In this document: positions 9,047 to 17,672 of the stretch, in pieces | Numbering within the stretch: position 1 is the first letter of the stretch | Layout of the letters: every line of letters starts with the position of its first letter | From: a virus | Taxonomy: Duplodnaviria > Caudoviricetes | DNA: 45,026 nt | Virus record (IMG/VR): IMGVR_UViG_3300016478_000220 | Span: 1 to 45,026 of that record | Strand: one strand, 5' to 3' | Notes under the pieces: model-generated | Databases searched by the model: none | Seen by the model: the letters and a program-made list of their open reading frames with translations, nothing else | What the model was told of the DNA's origin: nothing | Program-made: the position numbers and the translations under genes

Positions 9047-9786
9047 TGCCACGCGGGACGCTGGGACTAACCTGGACCGAGGCCTCCGGGCTGACGTGGA
9101 GTAGCTACGTCGGCACGTGGGCGCTCGGCCAGGGCACCGGCGTTGATTCCGGGACAGTGACCTGTACGGAGCTGGCCCGCCTGACCAAGATGTTCACTCG
9201 CACGGATGCGGGTACAGTTACTGTCGTCGAGGCGGCGTCGGCTTACGCCTTGCTTCTTGGGGCGGATGCCGGAACTGTGCTTGCGGATGAACTCGGGCAG
9301 CTGGACGGGTATACCGCCCTAGACGATCCGGGTACGCTGTCGGCGCAGGAGGTGAGCGAACTCCTTATCATCGTGGACGAGCTTCCCGTGTCTGCGGAGG
9401 ATTTCGTCACGGTCTCGGGCGAGGAAGCGGGGAGTATCGCTTCCGAGTCCGGAGTAGAGGATGGCGGGGACCTGCTCTCCGAGGAGTACGGGGAGGTGCT
9501 CGTCCTTTCCACTTACGAGGACAGCGGGCAACTCACCGCGGAGGAAAGTGCTGGGGTCTTGTTCCAGCTATTCGGAACCGACGAGCTGCTAGTCCTGGTC
9601 TCCGAGGACGTTCGGACAGTGGTAGAGGACTGGCCCTCGGACCAGAGCGTGGCAGTCCCTGCGTGGCCTACGGACGCTCCAGTTCCCCCGGCAAACTGGA
9701 CGCAGCAGCCGAAAAAGATTGACAACTGGTCCCAAACAACTCAAGATAAAGGGGAAGATAAATGGCAGAAGATACCGCCGCTGTGA
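9046..9786 (+). CDS. Acidic protein with eight ~20-aa repeats, probably virion-associated
   Basis: D-x-G-T-[VL]-x3-E repeated every 20 aa; Trp repeats at both ends. Confidence 0.7.
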   Translation: MPRGTLGLTWTEASGLTWSSYVGTWALGQGTGVDSGTVTCTELARLTKMFTRTDAGTVTVVEAASAYALLLGADAGTVLADELGQLDGYTALDDPGTLSAQEVSELLIIVDELPVSAEDFVTVSGEEAGSIASESGVEDGGDLLSEEYGEVLVLSTYEDSGQLTAEESAGVLFQLFGTDELLVLVSEDVRTVVEDWPSDQSVAVPAWPTDAPVPPANWTQQPKKIDNWSQTTQDKGEDKWQKIPPL

Positions 9787-9929
9787 AGATTAAGGTGAAG
9801 ATGGAACTGAAAAAGATCGACGAGGCTACGGGGGACGTAGTCGAAACGATCGTGCAAGAGTACGAATACCCGCTGCATGGAGGAAACGAACATGGCACTG
9901 ACGACTGCATTCAAGAATCTGCTCGGTAA
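9762..9929 (+). CDS. 55-aa ORF missing from the ORF track (MAEDTAAVKIKVKMELKKIDEATGDVVETIV...)
   Basis: Translated by hand; purine-rich RBS; fills the gap between 9786 and 9892. Confidence 0.55.
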   Translation: MAEDTAAVKIKVKMELKKIDEATGDVVETIVQEYEYPLHGGNEHGTDDCIQESAR

Positions 9930-10269
9930 GCTGGCAATTGGCGGCGCCGCTACCCCGTACAACGCCGCGAACAGCTATATCGGTGTCGGGGATAGCGCGG
10001 TTGCCTTCGCCGCGGCTCAGACTGACCTGCAGGCTGCCGCGAACAAGATGCGAAAGGGGATGGATTCCGGCTACCCGACCGAGGCGAGTGGAGTGCTGAC
10101 TTTCCGCGCCACGTTCGCAGCGGCGGAAGCCAACTTCGCGTGGAACGAGTGGGCGATCTTCAATGCCAACGCCGCTGGTACGATGATGAATCGGAAGGTG
10201 GAAGCCCTCGGCACTAAGACCTCCGCGCAGTCCTGGCAGTTGACTCTCACCATCACGCTGGGGGTGTGA
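9892..10269 (+). CDS. Small beta-rich virion protein (fibre/decoration type)
   Basis: YIGVGD, TDLQA, TFRATFAAAEANFAWNEWAIFNA motifs common in phage structural modules; GGAGG RBS. Confidence 0.7.
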   Translation: MALTTAFKNLLGKLAIGGAATPYNAANSYIGVGDSAVAFAAAQTDLQAAANKMRKGMDSGYPTEASGVLTFRATFAAAEANFAWNEWAIFNANAAGTMMNRKVEALGTKTSAQSWQLTLTITLGV

Positions 10270-10270
10270 T

Positions 10271-10894
10271 ATGCTCCGCGATGAAGTAGTTGACCTGATC
10301 CGTAGCCGCGCCGGCGGCCTGCGGAACAAGGACGCCCTGATTATGCAGGAAATGGGCTTCGTCCAGCGCACCCAGCTCGAGGGCAATTCGTGGATTCCCT
10401 GGTTCCTCGAAAGCGAACTGTCCCAGGCTGCGACCACCGCAGGCGAGCGTCGCCTCCCCTTCCCCGTCGACTTCCTCGGGGAAATCGAGGAGCAGGAGCT
10501 CATGCTCGTGCTTCCCGACGGTACGGAGCTCCCCTTCCGGGAAAAGGGGAATTACGATGTGCTGGCGCGGAAGTATCCCGGCTCGGGGATGCCTGTTGCC
10601 TACGCCACTGTCGGGGAGTACTTCGCGTTCTTCCCGCTTCCGGATCAGGCGTACGGGATCAAGACTCGGTACTACGCCCGCGATGTCAGCATGATTGCCG
10701 AGAACGTGGAGACGAAATGGCTGAAGTACGCCTCCGATGTAGTCGTGGCTGCGGCCGGGGCCGCCATTGCTGGGAAGGTGCTGCAGAACGCGGCACTGGA
10801 AGCTTCCTTCAAGAGTGATTTGGCGGCTGCGTGGGATCGGCTGTATAAGCGCCACGTAGCGATGGAAGAGGTTAACCAGACCCGGACCATGTAA
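10271..10894 (+). CDS. Putative head-tail adaptor (tail tubular protein A-like)
   Basis: ~200 aa; LPFPVDF, G.P.AY, FFPLPDQAY, WL motifs; position. Confidence 0.65.
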   Translation: MLRDEVVDLIRSRAGGLRNKDALIMQEMGFVQRTQLEGNSWIPWFLESELSQAATTAGERRLPFPVDFLGEIEEQELMLVLPDGTELPFREKGNYDVLARKYPGSGMPVAYATVGEYFAFFPLPDQAYGIKTRYYARDVSMIAENVETKWLKYASDVVVAAAGAAIAGKVLQNAALEASFKSDLAAAWDRLYKRHVAMEEVNQTRTM

Positions 10895-10903
10895 GGAACT
10901 GCT

Positions 10904-11719
10904 ATGACTATCGAAGCTGCAACCGTATTGGGGCAACTGGACCCTACGCTTCCCGCCACCGGGGACCAAATCCCGGAAGGGGATGACCATATCCGCCTGA
11001 TCAAACAGGTGCTACGCGCAACCTTCCCCGGCATGGGCCGGCCTCTCGGCACTTGCATCGTCGCTGGCGCGAATACAACACTCACCGTCACGGACAACCA
11101 GGTTACGGTGATAGTTGCTGGGGCGAGTGTGATTACCCTCCCATCCCTTTCCGGGCTGGCGGCTTTCGACTGCGTGATCGTGGCGCGGAACGCCTGCACG
11201 GTAGCCGCATCCGGGGCTGACAAGTTCCCGGGGGATGTGGCCTCGGTAGCCCTGGCGGCAGGCCAGTGTCTGTGGGCTTTCAACTCCGGGACTACGTGGG
11301 AAGCCCTGCGCATGCTCCGGAGTAACGCTCCGGTTGCAGCGGACACCGCTGTGAACGCTACGAATGCGACGAATGCGCAGAATGCAGACAAACTGATTCC
11401 GCAGGGGACAGCCGGGTACGTGTACACCTCACAAGGGGGCGGCGCTAATCCGACCTGGGCCGCGCCGCCGTCTGCGCCGGTGAGCAGCGTTTTCGGGCGT
11501 ACCGGAGCTGTGGCGTTGACCCTGGCTGACATTACTAACGCAGGTGGGGCGTCGGCGTCCTCGGTAGCGGGGAAAGCTGACGCCAGCCACACCCACAGCT
11601 ACGCGCCGATGACCGCTGTCGTCAGCATCGTCAAGTACGAGGACGGCATCAACCGCTATATCCGATACACGCGGGCAAACGGTGCTGTGGTTGATGTGCA
11701 GTGGGTCAATATTCAATGA
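10904..11719 (+). CDS. Tail fibre protein
   Basis: N-terminal GDDHIRLIKQVL.ATFP attachment motif, NATNA repeats, VSSVFGRTGAV motif. Confidence 0.7.
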   Translation: MTIEAATVLGQLDPTLPATGDQIPEGDDHIRLIKQVLRATFPGMGRPLGTCIVAGANTTLTVTDNQVTVIVAGASVITLPSLSGLAAFDCVIVARNACTVAASGADKFPGDVASVALAAGQCLWAFNSGTTWEALRMLRSNAPVAADTAVNATNATNAQNADKLIPQGTAGYVYTSQGGGANPTWAAPPSAPVSSVFGRTGAVALTLADITNAGGASASSVAGKADASHTHSYAPMTAVVSIVKYEDGINRYIRYTRANGAVVDVQWVNIQ

Positions 11720-11737
11720 TAGCGGAGGAGGTGGGGA

Positions 11738-12190
11738 ATGAAATACGCAAATACTGTTATTAACAATGGAGTGGAGGTGGTCCTCGTCACCCTTCCGCTG
11801 GAGATGGTCCCGGCCTTCGATCCGAGCCAGCCGCCCCCGCAAGCGTACGCTGTGGATGACGAGGTACAACCCGGCTGGATCAAACAGCCAGACGGCACCT
11901 TCCGCGCTCCCACGGCAGCCGACCAGCCTGCACAGCCCGTTCCGCAGCGCGTGACGGCGTACCAGGCGAAGGCCGCGCTTATGGATGCTGGGTACTACAA
12001 CCAGATCGAGGACTTCGTCGCCTCGGCCGCCTGCCCTCCCCGGGTAGGGTTGGCTTGGCGGGAAGCCCTCCACTTCGAGCGGAATGACGATAAGATCTAC
12101 CTCATTGCGCGCAACGTGCTGTTCTTCACCGAGTCCCAGTTGGAATCCCGGCTCGACTCCCTGTTCATCGCCGCCAACGCGATCAAATAA
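11738..12190 (+). CDS. Putative tail fibre assembly/chaperone protein
   Basis: Follows the fibre gene; VP..VT.YQAK.AL...W..A..F.R...LD.LFIAA pattern. Confidence 0.6.
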   Translation: MKYANTVINNGVEVVLVTLPLEMVPAFDPSQPPPQAYAVDDEVQPGWIKQPDGTFRAPTAADQPAQPVPQRVTAYQAKAALMDAGYYNQIEDFVASAACPPRVGLAWREALHFERNDDKIYLIARNVLFFTESQLESRLDSLFIAANAIK

Positions 12191-12204
12191 CTGGAGATTT
12201 CCCC

Positions 12205-12414
12205 ATGTCATCCCAGACCGCATTACAAGAAGGCGCAAAACTAACGCCCCCGGCCGTTGTGACAGCGTTGGACTTGAACCATATTACCCTCCCGGACTTG
12301 GTGTATATCCTGACTGCGATCTACACGCTGATCTTGATTGTCCTCGGCCTGCGCAAGCTCTTCGCCCGCACGCCGAACCGCAAGTCCGGGTGCCCGTTCG
12401 CTGATAAAGACTAG
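12205..12414 (+). CDS. Holin-like small membrane protein
   Basis: 69 aa, hydrophobic segment (LVYILTAIYTLILIVLGL), basic tail, upstream of the candidate lysin; resembles T7-type holins. Confidence 0.6.
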   Translation: MSSQTALQEGAKLTPPAVVTALDLNHITLPDLVYILTAIYTLILIVLGLRKLFARTPNRKSGCPFADKD

Positions 12415-12422
12415 GAGGTCGT

Positions 12423-12833
12423 ATGCACTTTGAACTCGTGCGGCAAGTCAGCTCCGAGACGCGCACGCTCGGCATTTTGTACTGCGATTCTCGCATGCTT
12501 GGGTACATTTGCGAGGATACCGATCGCCGGCTGGAGGCCGGGGGGGAGAAGGTTCCGGGAAAGACAGCCATCCCCCGCGGCCACTACACCATGCGGCTCA
12601 GCATGTCCGCCCGCTTCAAGCGCATTATGCCCGAAGTGCTGAATGTCCCCTTCTTCACCGGAATCCGCTTTCATGGGGGAAACACGGAGGAGGATACCGA
12701 GGGGTGTCCCCTGCTCGGCGCCCGCGCTAACATGAACGGGGTGTGGGAGTGCTCTCGGGTAAACGAAGAGATGGTGAATTTGATGGCTGGCGCGGAGGCC
12801 CGAGGGGAAGAAATCACGCTGGAGGTGCGATGA
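12423..12833 (+). CDS. DUF5675-family protein, candidate endolysin
   Basis: TAIPRGHY, VPFFTGIRFHGGN, DTEGCPLLG motifs. Confidence 0.7.
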   Translation: MHFELVRQVSSETRTLGILYCDSRMLGYICEDTDRRLEAGGEKVPGKTAIPRGHYTMRLSMSARFKRIMPEVLNVPFFTGIRFHGGNTEEDTEGCPLLGARANMNGVWECSRVNEEMVNLMAGAEARGEEITLEVR

Positions 12834-13372
12834 TGGACTGGAAACAAGTCATAGGGAAGCTGGCCCCGACCGTCGCCAGTGCGCTGCTCGGCCCCTTGGC
12901 CGGGGGCGCTGTCGCCGCTATCGGGGAAATCTTCGGAATATCCGAGCCGACCCAGGAAAAAATCCAATCCCTGATCGAGAGCGGTCAGATGACCGGGGAA
13001 CAGATCGCGGCCTTGAAGATGCTGGAGCTTCGGCTGAAAGCGGAAGAACAGGAACGTGGTTTCCGCTATGCGGACCTGGAAGTGCGGGACCGCGAAAGCG
13101 CCAGGGAACGGGACGCCAAGCTCGCGTTGGCCGGCAAGCGGAACGTCCGGGCTGACCTCATGGCCGGGCTTGCTATCCTCATGATTTGCGCGATGGTCTG
13201 GCTGGTGTGGAAAGACCCCACACTTCCGGACGACATTAAGGGGATCGTGACTCTGGTCCTCGGACGCTTCCTCGGGTATCTGGACAACATCTACAACTAC
13301 GAGTTCGGGACGACCCGCATCTCCGCCCGGCAGACCGAGTTGCTGGCGAAGGCTCCGGCGGTGAAGGAGTAA
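12830..13372 (+). CDS. Membrane protein, 3TM-holin-like
   Basis: APTVASALLGP.AG, DRESAR.R, two C-terminal TM segments, YEFGT; start at 12830 or 12833. Confidence 0.6.
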   Translation: MMDWKQVIGKLAPTVASALLGPLAGGAVAAIGEIFGISEPTQEKIQSLIESGQMTGEQIAALKMLELRLKAEEQERGFRYADLEVRDRESARERDAKLALAGKRNVRADLMAGLAILMICAMVWLVWKDPTLPDDIKGIVTLVLGRFLGYLDNIYNYEFGTTRISARQTELLAKAPAVKE

Positions 13373-13374
13373 TC

Positions 13375-14949
13375 ATGGGTATTCAGTCGTTCAGCCCTAC
13401 CGGGGCTAATGGAATCAACACAGACATTCCCCCGGCCGAGCTCCCGCCGGGGTTCTGGACTCGCGGGCATAACGTGCAGTTCCAGGACGGTTCCGTAACC
13501 CCCTGTCCGGGGGACGTCCCCCTGCATACGGAGGCCGGGATCGGCATTAACTGGGGGATCGCCTCCACGTCGTTGAGTGACGGGTCCGCCTGCTGGCTGC
13601 TCGGAGGGGCTACCCGGCTGTACATGTATCGGATGGGGACGATTACTGACATCACCCGAGCCGTGGGAGGGGGGTACACTCTTCCCGCGAACACCCGCTG
13701 GAACGGCGGTTATCTTGGGTCAGTGGTTGTGGTGAATAACTTCAACGACGTGCCGCAAGCCTGGCTCCAGGCTGACCCTGGGGTAAAGGTGGTCCCGTTG
13801 GCGAACTGGCCCGCTAACCTCAAGGCGCGAGTCCTTCGTTCGTTCAAGTCGTATCTTCTCGCTCTCGGAATTGTGCAGGACGGCCAGCGGCGGCCCACGA
13901 CGATTCGCTGGAGTCATCCCGCGGACCCCGGCGCGGTGCCGAGCAGCTGGGATATCGCCGACCCGACGAAAGATGCCGGGGAGTATCCACTCTCCGGCAC
14001 TCCAGGGGATCTGGTGGATTGCCTGGAACTCGGCGACATCAACATCATCTACAAAGAGGATTCCGTCTGGGGCATGCAGCATATAGGCGGAATGTACATT
14101 TTCCGCTTTTGGCCCATCTTCAAGAATTGGGGGATGCGGAACCCGAACTGTGTGGCGGAGATCCCTCCCCGGCGGCATATCGTCTTCACCGGCCAGGACC
14201 TGGTCGTGCATGACGGACAGACGTACCAGTCCATCGCCTCTGGCCGTGTGCTGTCCCTGATCAATTCCCTCTCCGTTCGGCAGCTTGCGGCGTGCTACGT
14301 CACTACCAACGTGGAAGAAAAAGAGGCCTGGCTCTGCTATCGGAGCGTGGATTCGAATGGACTGGAAGCGGACCGGGCACTGGCTTGGAACTGGGAGACT
14401 GGGACGTTCAGCACCCGTGACCTTGCGAATTACAGTTTTGTTATCGGCGGCTCCATCACCCCACCAGCGGAGAATGCTCAGACCTGGGCTAACGTGGTCG
14501 GAACTTGGGATACCCTGACGCAAGCCTGGGGGATTCCGAAACTGGTACGGAACCGTTTCATGCTCCTGGGCATGCATCCGAACGGGATAAACCTGATCGG
14601 TAACTCCAAGCTTTCCCCCGTTCCGAGTCTGCTCGAGCGTGACAAGCTTGGGATTGTGATGCGGTCGACGCAGCCCCCGGACATGACCAGTAAGAAGAAA
14701 CTGCTCAGACTGTGGCCGCGGATCACCGGGCGGGCAGGGGATGTCGTCCGTATCTCCATCGGGGTGGCTGACGGTGTCAATGAAGTTACCGAATGGCTCC
14801 CGCCTGAGGACTTCATCCTTGGAACTGACGAATATATCGATCCCCTGGTCACAGGAAAGCTGTTCGGTTTGCGTCTGGAATCAGTCAACACGATGCCGTG
14901 GAAATTCTCCGGCACGGATGTGGAAGCTGTCTACGTGGGAGCGGGTTGA
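13375..14949 (+). CDS. Tail nozzle / tail tubular protein B-like
   Basis: 524 aa, beta-rich; GINTD.PP.ELP, IRWS, IYKEDSVW propeller-like motifs. Confidence 0.7.
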   Translation: MGIQSFSPTGANGINTDIPPAELPPGFWTRGHNVQFQDGSVTPCPGDVPLHTEAGIGINWGIASTSLSDGSACWLLGGATRLYMYRMGTITDITRAVGGGYTLPANTRWNGGYLGSVVVVNNFNDVPQAWLQADPGVKVVPLANWPANLKARVLRSFKSYLLALGIVQDGQRRPTTIRWSHPADPGAVPSSWDIADPTKDAGEYPLSGTPGDLVDCLELGDINIIYKEDSVWGMQHIGGMYIFRFWPIFKNWGMRNPNCVAEIPPRRHIVFTGQDLVVHDGQTYQSIASGRVLSLINSLSVRQLAACYVTTNVEEKEAWLCYRSVDSNGLEADRALAWNWETGTFSTRDLANYSFVIGGSITPPAENAQTWANVVGTWDTLTQAWGIPKLVRNRFMLLGMHPNGINLIGNSKLSPVPSLLERDKLGIVMRSTQPPDMTSKKKLLRLWPRITGRAGDVVRISIGVADGVNEVTEWLPPEDFILGTDEYIDPLVTGKLFGLRLESVNTMPWKFSGTDVEAVYVGAG

Positions 14950-15614
14950 TGAACTATTCTCCGAACAATGTCCCGGCTGACGTATCCGATCTCCCTAGGT
15001 ACGTCGGGGAAGAATTGTTGCGTATCTCGAGTCTTTTTGGTCTAATAACCAAAGGACGCGGGCTACCCCCGCTGGCTGTTCCTCCGGTCAGGCCAAGGGA
15101 AGGGGACTTAGCTAGTGCAGACGGGGTAGGCTGGAATCCCGGGTCTGGGGCGGGACTGTACGAGTATATCAGTGGACAATGGCAGAAGCTGCGGTACACG
15201 CCACCCGCTGCTGTTCTCCCCCCGGCTTTGTATATTGGGTGGTATCCTGAAAACGCTACGACTAATGGGGTTCTAGTTGTAGGGCAAACTACCCCAGGGT
15301 CGCAGGTATTACTGGATAATAGGTCCGCGTTTTCGCCGTCCTCGGGGCTTTACACCGTCCCGGAGGCTGGTATATATCAATTCTCCGTGGGACATTCTGG
15401 GTACCTTGGAGCTGCGGCTACCTACATGCGGGTGAAGGGTGTAGTTGTCCCTGGATCGTTTGCTTTGCGGTATGGAGACAACTACGGAAATGCGTTGAGT
15501 AGTGTGATAGTGGAGTTGGCTGCGGGAGATACTGTAACTGGATTTGTCCACGCGTGGGACCTCACTACGATTAGCATTTTCAGCGCCTTCATGTCTGGAG
15601 TTAAGATAGGATGA
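14949..15614 (+). CDS. Tail-associated protein with C-terminal C1q/TNF-like domain
   Basis: FSPSSGLYTVPEAGIYQFS...VELAAGDTV...FMSG; start coupled TGATG. Confidence 0.65.
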   Translation: MNYSPNNVPADVSDLPRYVGEELLRISSLFGLITKGRGLPPLAVPPVRPREGDLASADGVGWNPGSGAGLYEYISGQWQKLRYTPPAAVLPPALYIGWYPENATTNGVLVVGQTTPGSQVLLDNRSAFSPSSGLYTVPEAGIYQFSVGHSGYLGAAATYMRVKGVVVPGSFALRYGDNYGNALSSVIVELAAGDTVTGFVHAWDLTTISIFSAFMSGVKIG

Positions 15615-16090
15615 ATGAGGAACTTGGAATTGATGGTCGGGTTAATTCTAAATTAACCTCCCCATTAAAAGCCGCATCTTACGAGTACGTTGAGGGGCCT
15701 CGTGTGCTTGAGGTGTGGCGTGATGTACTTCCCCTGATCGAGAAAGCGGCTGTACATGGTCGGGGGGAGTACCAACCGGAGGACGTCCTTGTGGCTATCC
15801 ACGAGGGCCGGATGCAGCTGTGGCTCTTCCGGGAAGAGGGGAAACTGGCGCTGGTTTGCGTGACGGAAATTATCTCTTTCCCGCGCAAGACAGTGTGCTT
15901 TATCAACGCCCTTGCCGGGTACCGTATGCTGGAAATGTGGGACCTCTTCTTCCCTGTCGCCGAGGTGTGGCTGGCGCAGCTGGGGGTTTCCCGAGTCATG
16001 ACGGAATGCCGGGACGAAGTTGCTGCCAAAACGGAGCGACTCGGGTTTCGCAAACTGGCCAATGTCATGGCTATTGATTTGGAGGACTGA
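15611..16090 (+). CDS. GNAT-like protein of the ejection module
   Basis: G.MQLW, VTEIISFPRK, ECR...RLGF; usual position before ejection proteins; start uncertain. Confidence 0.55.
   Translation: MNEELGIDGRVNSKLTSPLKAASYEYVEGPRVLEVWRDVLPLIEKAAVHGRGEYQPEDVLVAIHEGRMQLWLFREEGKLALVCVTEIISFPRKTVCFINALAGYRMLEMWDLFFPVAEVWLAQLGVSRVMTECRDEVAAKTERLGFRKLANVMAIDLED
15633..15665. repeat. Dispersed palindrome, copy 3 (7-bp spacer)
   Basis: ATGGTCGGGTTAA ttctaaa TTAACCTCCCCAT. Confidence 0.8.
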
Positions 16091-16092
16091 CA

Positions 16093-16935
16093 ATGTCATC
16101 TGGTGGCGGCGGAAAGTCGAGCAGCACCACGGTTAATTACTCGCCGGAGGAAGCAGCGAAACGCGCGCAGGTGATGGACGAGGCTACGAACATCTACAAC
16201 GCGACCAAGGGGCAGTTGGGTAACTCCAAATACCCCGGCGCGCAGGTGGCCCCGTTCGCCAACGAAACGCTTGTTGCGCAGAACCTCGCCGTGAGTAACG
16301 CGGCTGCGGCTCAGGATTCTATCAATCAGATCAACCAGGGGGTGAAGTATGGTCTGACTGATTCGATGGATGTGGAGAAGAACAAGTACCTTCAGTCCGC
16401 GATTCAGGCGGCTACTCGCCCGATCACGGAAAGCTATACCGATGCCGGCGGCGTTTTGAGCCAGATTCGGGGCGGCGCCGAGACGGCTGGACAGTACGGG
16501 GGCAGCCGGCAAGGTATCGCCGAAGGCCTCGCGGCTGGCCGGTACGCGCGCGAGGTGGGCGACGTTACCTCCCAGATGGCCTCGGCCGCTTACGATAAGG
16601 GCCAGGATACGTTCACCAAGACCTTGATGTTTGCCCCGCAGGCTCTCGAGGCTGGTATGACTCCTGTGCACTGGCTGTCGAGCGTCGGGAATCAGAAAGA
16701 GGCGTACCAGCAACAACTGCTGGACTACGATGCGAACGCGAAGATGTGGGGCTTGAACGCTCCGTGGCTTCCGCTGCAGAACTACGCGAACATCGTCTAC
16801 GGTGGAGCAGCTCCCGGCACGACGACGACCGCGCAGACGTCCGGCAAACGCGACGCTCTTGGCACCACGGCGCAGGCAGCCGGTGGCGCAGCGTCGGTGT
16901 ACGCCCTCGCAAAACAAATGTCTTCACAAGCTTAA
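16093..16935 (+). CDS. Putative DNA ejection / internal virion protein
   Basis: MSSGGGGKSSSTT start, AGQYGGSRQGIAEG motif, Ala/Gln-rich. Confidence 0.7.
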   Translation: MSSGGGGKSSSTTVNYSPEEAAKRAQVMDEATNIYNATKGQLGNSKYPGAQVAPFANETLVAQNLAVSNAAAAQDSINQINQGVKYGLTDSMDVEKNKYLQSAIQAATRPITESYTDAGGVLSQIRGGAETAGQYGGSRQGIAEGLAAGRYAREVGDVTSQMASAAYDKGQDTFTKTLMFAPQALEAGMTPVHWLSSVGNQKEAYQQQLLDYDANAKMWGLNAPWLPLQNYANIVYGGAAPGTTTTAQTSGKRDALGTTAQAAGGAASVYALAKQMSSQA

Positions 16936-16946
16936 GGAGGTGAAAA

Positions 16947-17672
16947 ATGGGTGGCTTTGCTGATTTTATTCTTCCCGCTCTGGCGGTCGGTGCGACAGTT
17001 ATGAGCGGTGGGGCTGCGGCTCCGGGGCTTGCTGGCGCTCTCGGCGCTAACGGCGCAGCGGCGGCTAGTGCCGGGACGCTCGCTGCGGAAGGGGCTCTGG
17101 CAGCCGGTGCCGGGGCTGGCGCCAGTGCGGGTGCTGGCGCCGCGGCGGGAGCTGGTGCGGCGGAAGCTGCTGCGGCGGCGCAAGCTGGTGCCATGTCGGC
17201 GGGGGGTGCAGTCGCCCCGACCGGCGCGGAGGCCATCCTCGCCCCACTTGCGGAGACGGGGGCTGGGGCTGCGCCAGGAGCGGCGACCGCGACTCCCGGA
17301 GCGGTCCCCCCGGCTGGTATGGCTCCGCCTCCCGGCGGTCCGGTTCCCCCCGCGACAGGCGAAGTTCTGGCCCCCGGCATGCAGCCGAGTGGCGCGGAAG
17401 TCTTCCCCGTCACGCCGGGCGGTCAGCCTGTTGGCGGCGTTCCCGGCCAGCCGCTGCAAACCGGCGTCCCCCCGAGTAAGGTTCCCGGGCTCAAGCCGGA
17501 GCAGATCGCACAACTGGCGAAGATGTCGATGGGGGGCGGGAATCAGGATTCCACCAACGTCCACTCCAACGCCCCGGCTGGTGGGAGAGGTGTGGCTCCC
17601 GCCCAGATGCAGAGTGCGCCCAGCGTGGGCAGCCGCCCGTCCCTTGGTCAACTCTTGTACGGGAGGAAGTAA
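16947..17672 (+). CDS. Ala/Gly/Pro-rich putative ejection protein
   Basis: TAAGGAGG RBS; hydrophobic Ala/Gly N-terminal half. Confidence 0.65.
   Translation: MGGFADFILPALAVGATVMSGGAAAPGLAGALGANGAAAASAGTLAAEGALAAGAGAGASAGAGAAAGAGAAEAAAAAQAGAMSAGGAVAPTGAEAILAPLAETGAGAAPGAATATPGAVPPAGMAPPPGGPVPPATGEVLAPGMQPSGAEVFPVTPGGQPVGGVPGQPLQTGVPPSKVPGLKPEQIAQLAKMSMGGGNQDSTNVHSNAPAGGRGVAPAQMQSAPSVGSRPSLGQLLYGRK

Noticed and set aside
10904-15614. Diversity-generating retroelement acting on tail genes
   Set aside because: No reverse transcriptase and no template/variable repeat pair seen
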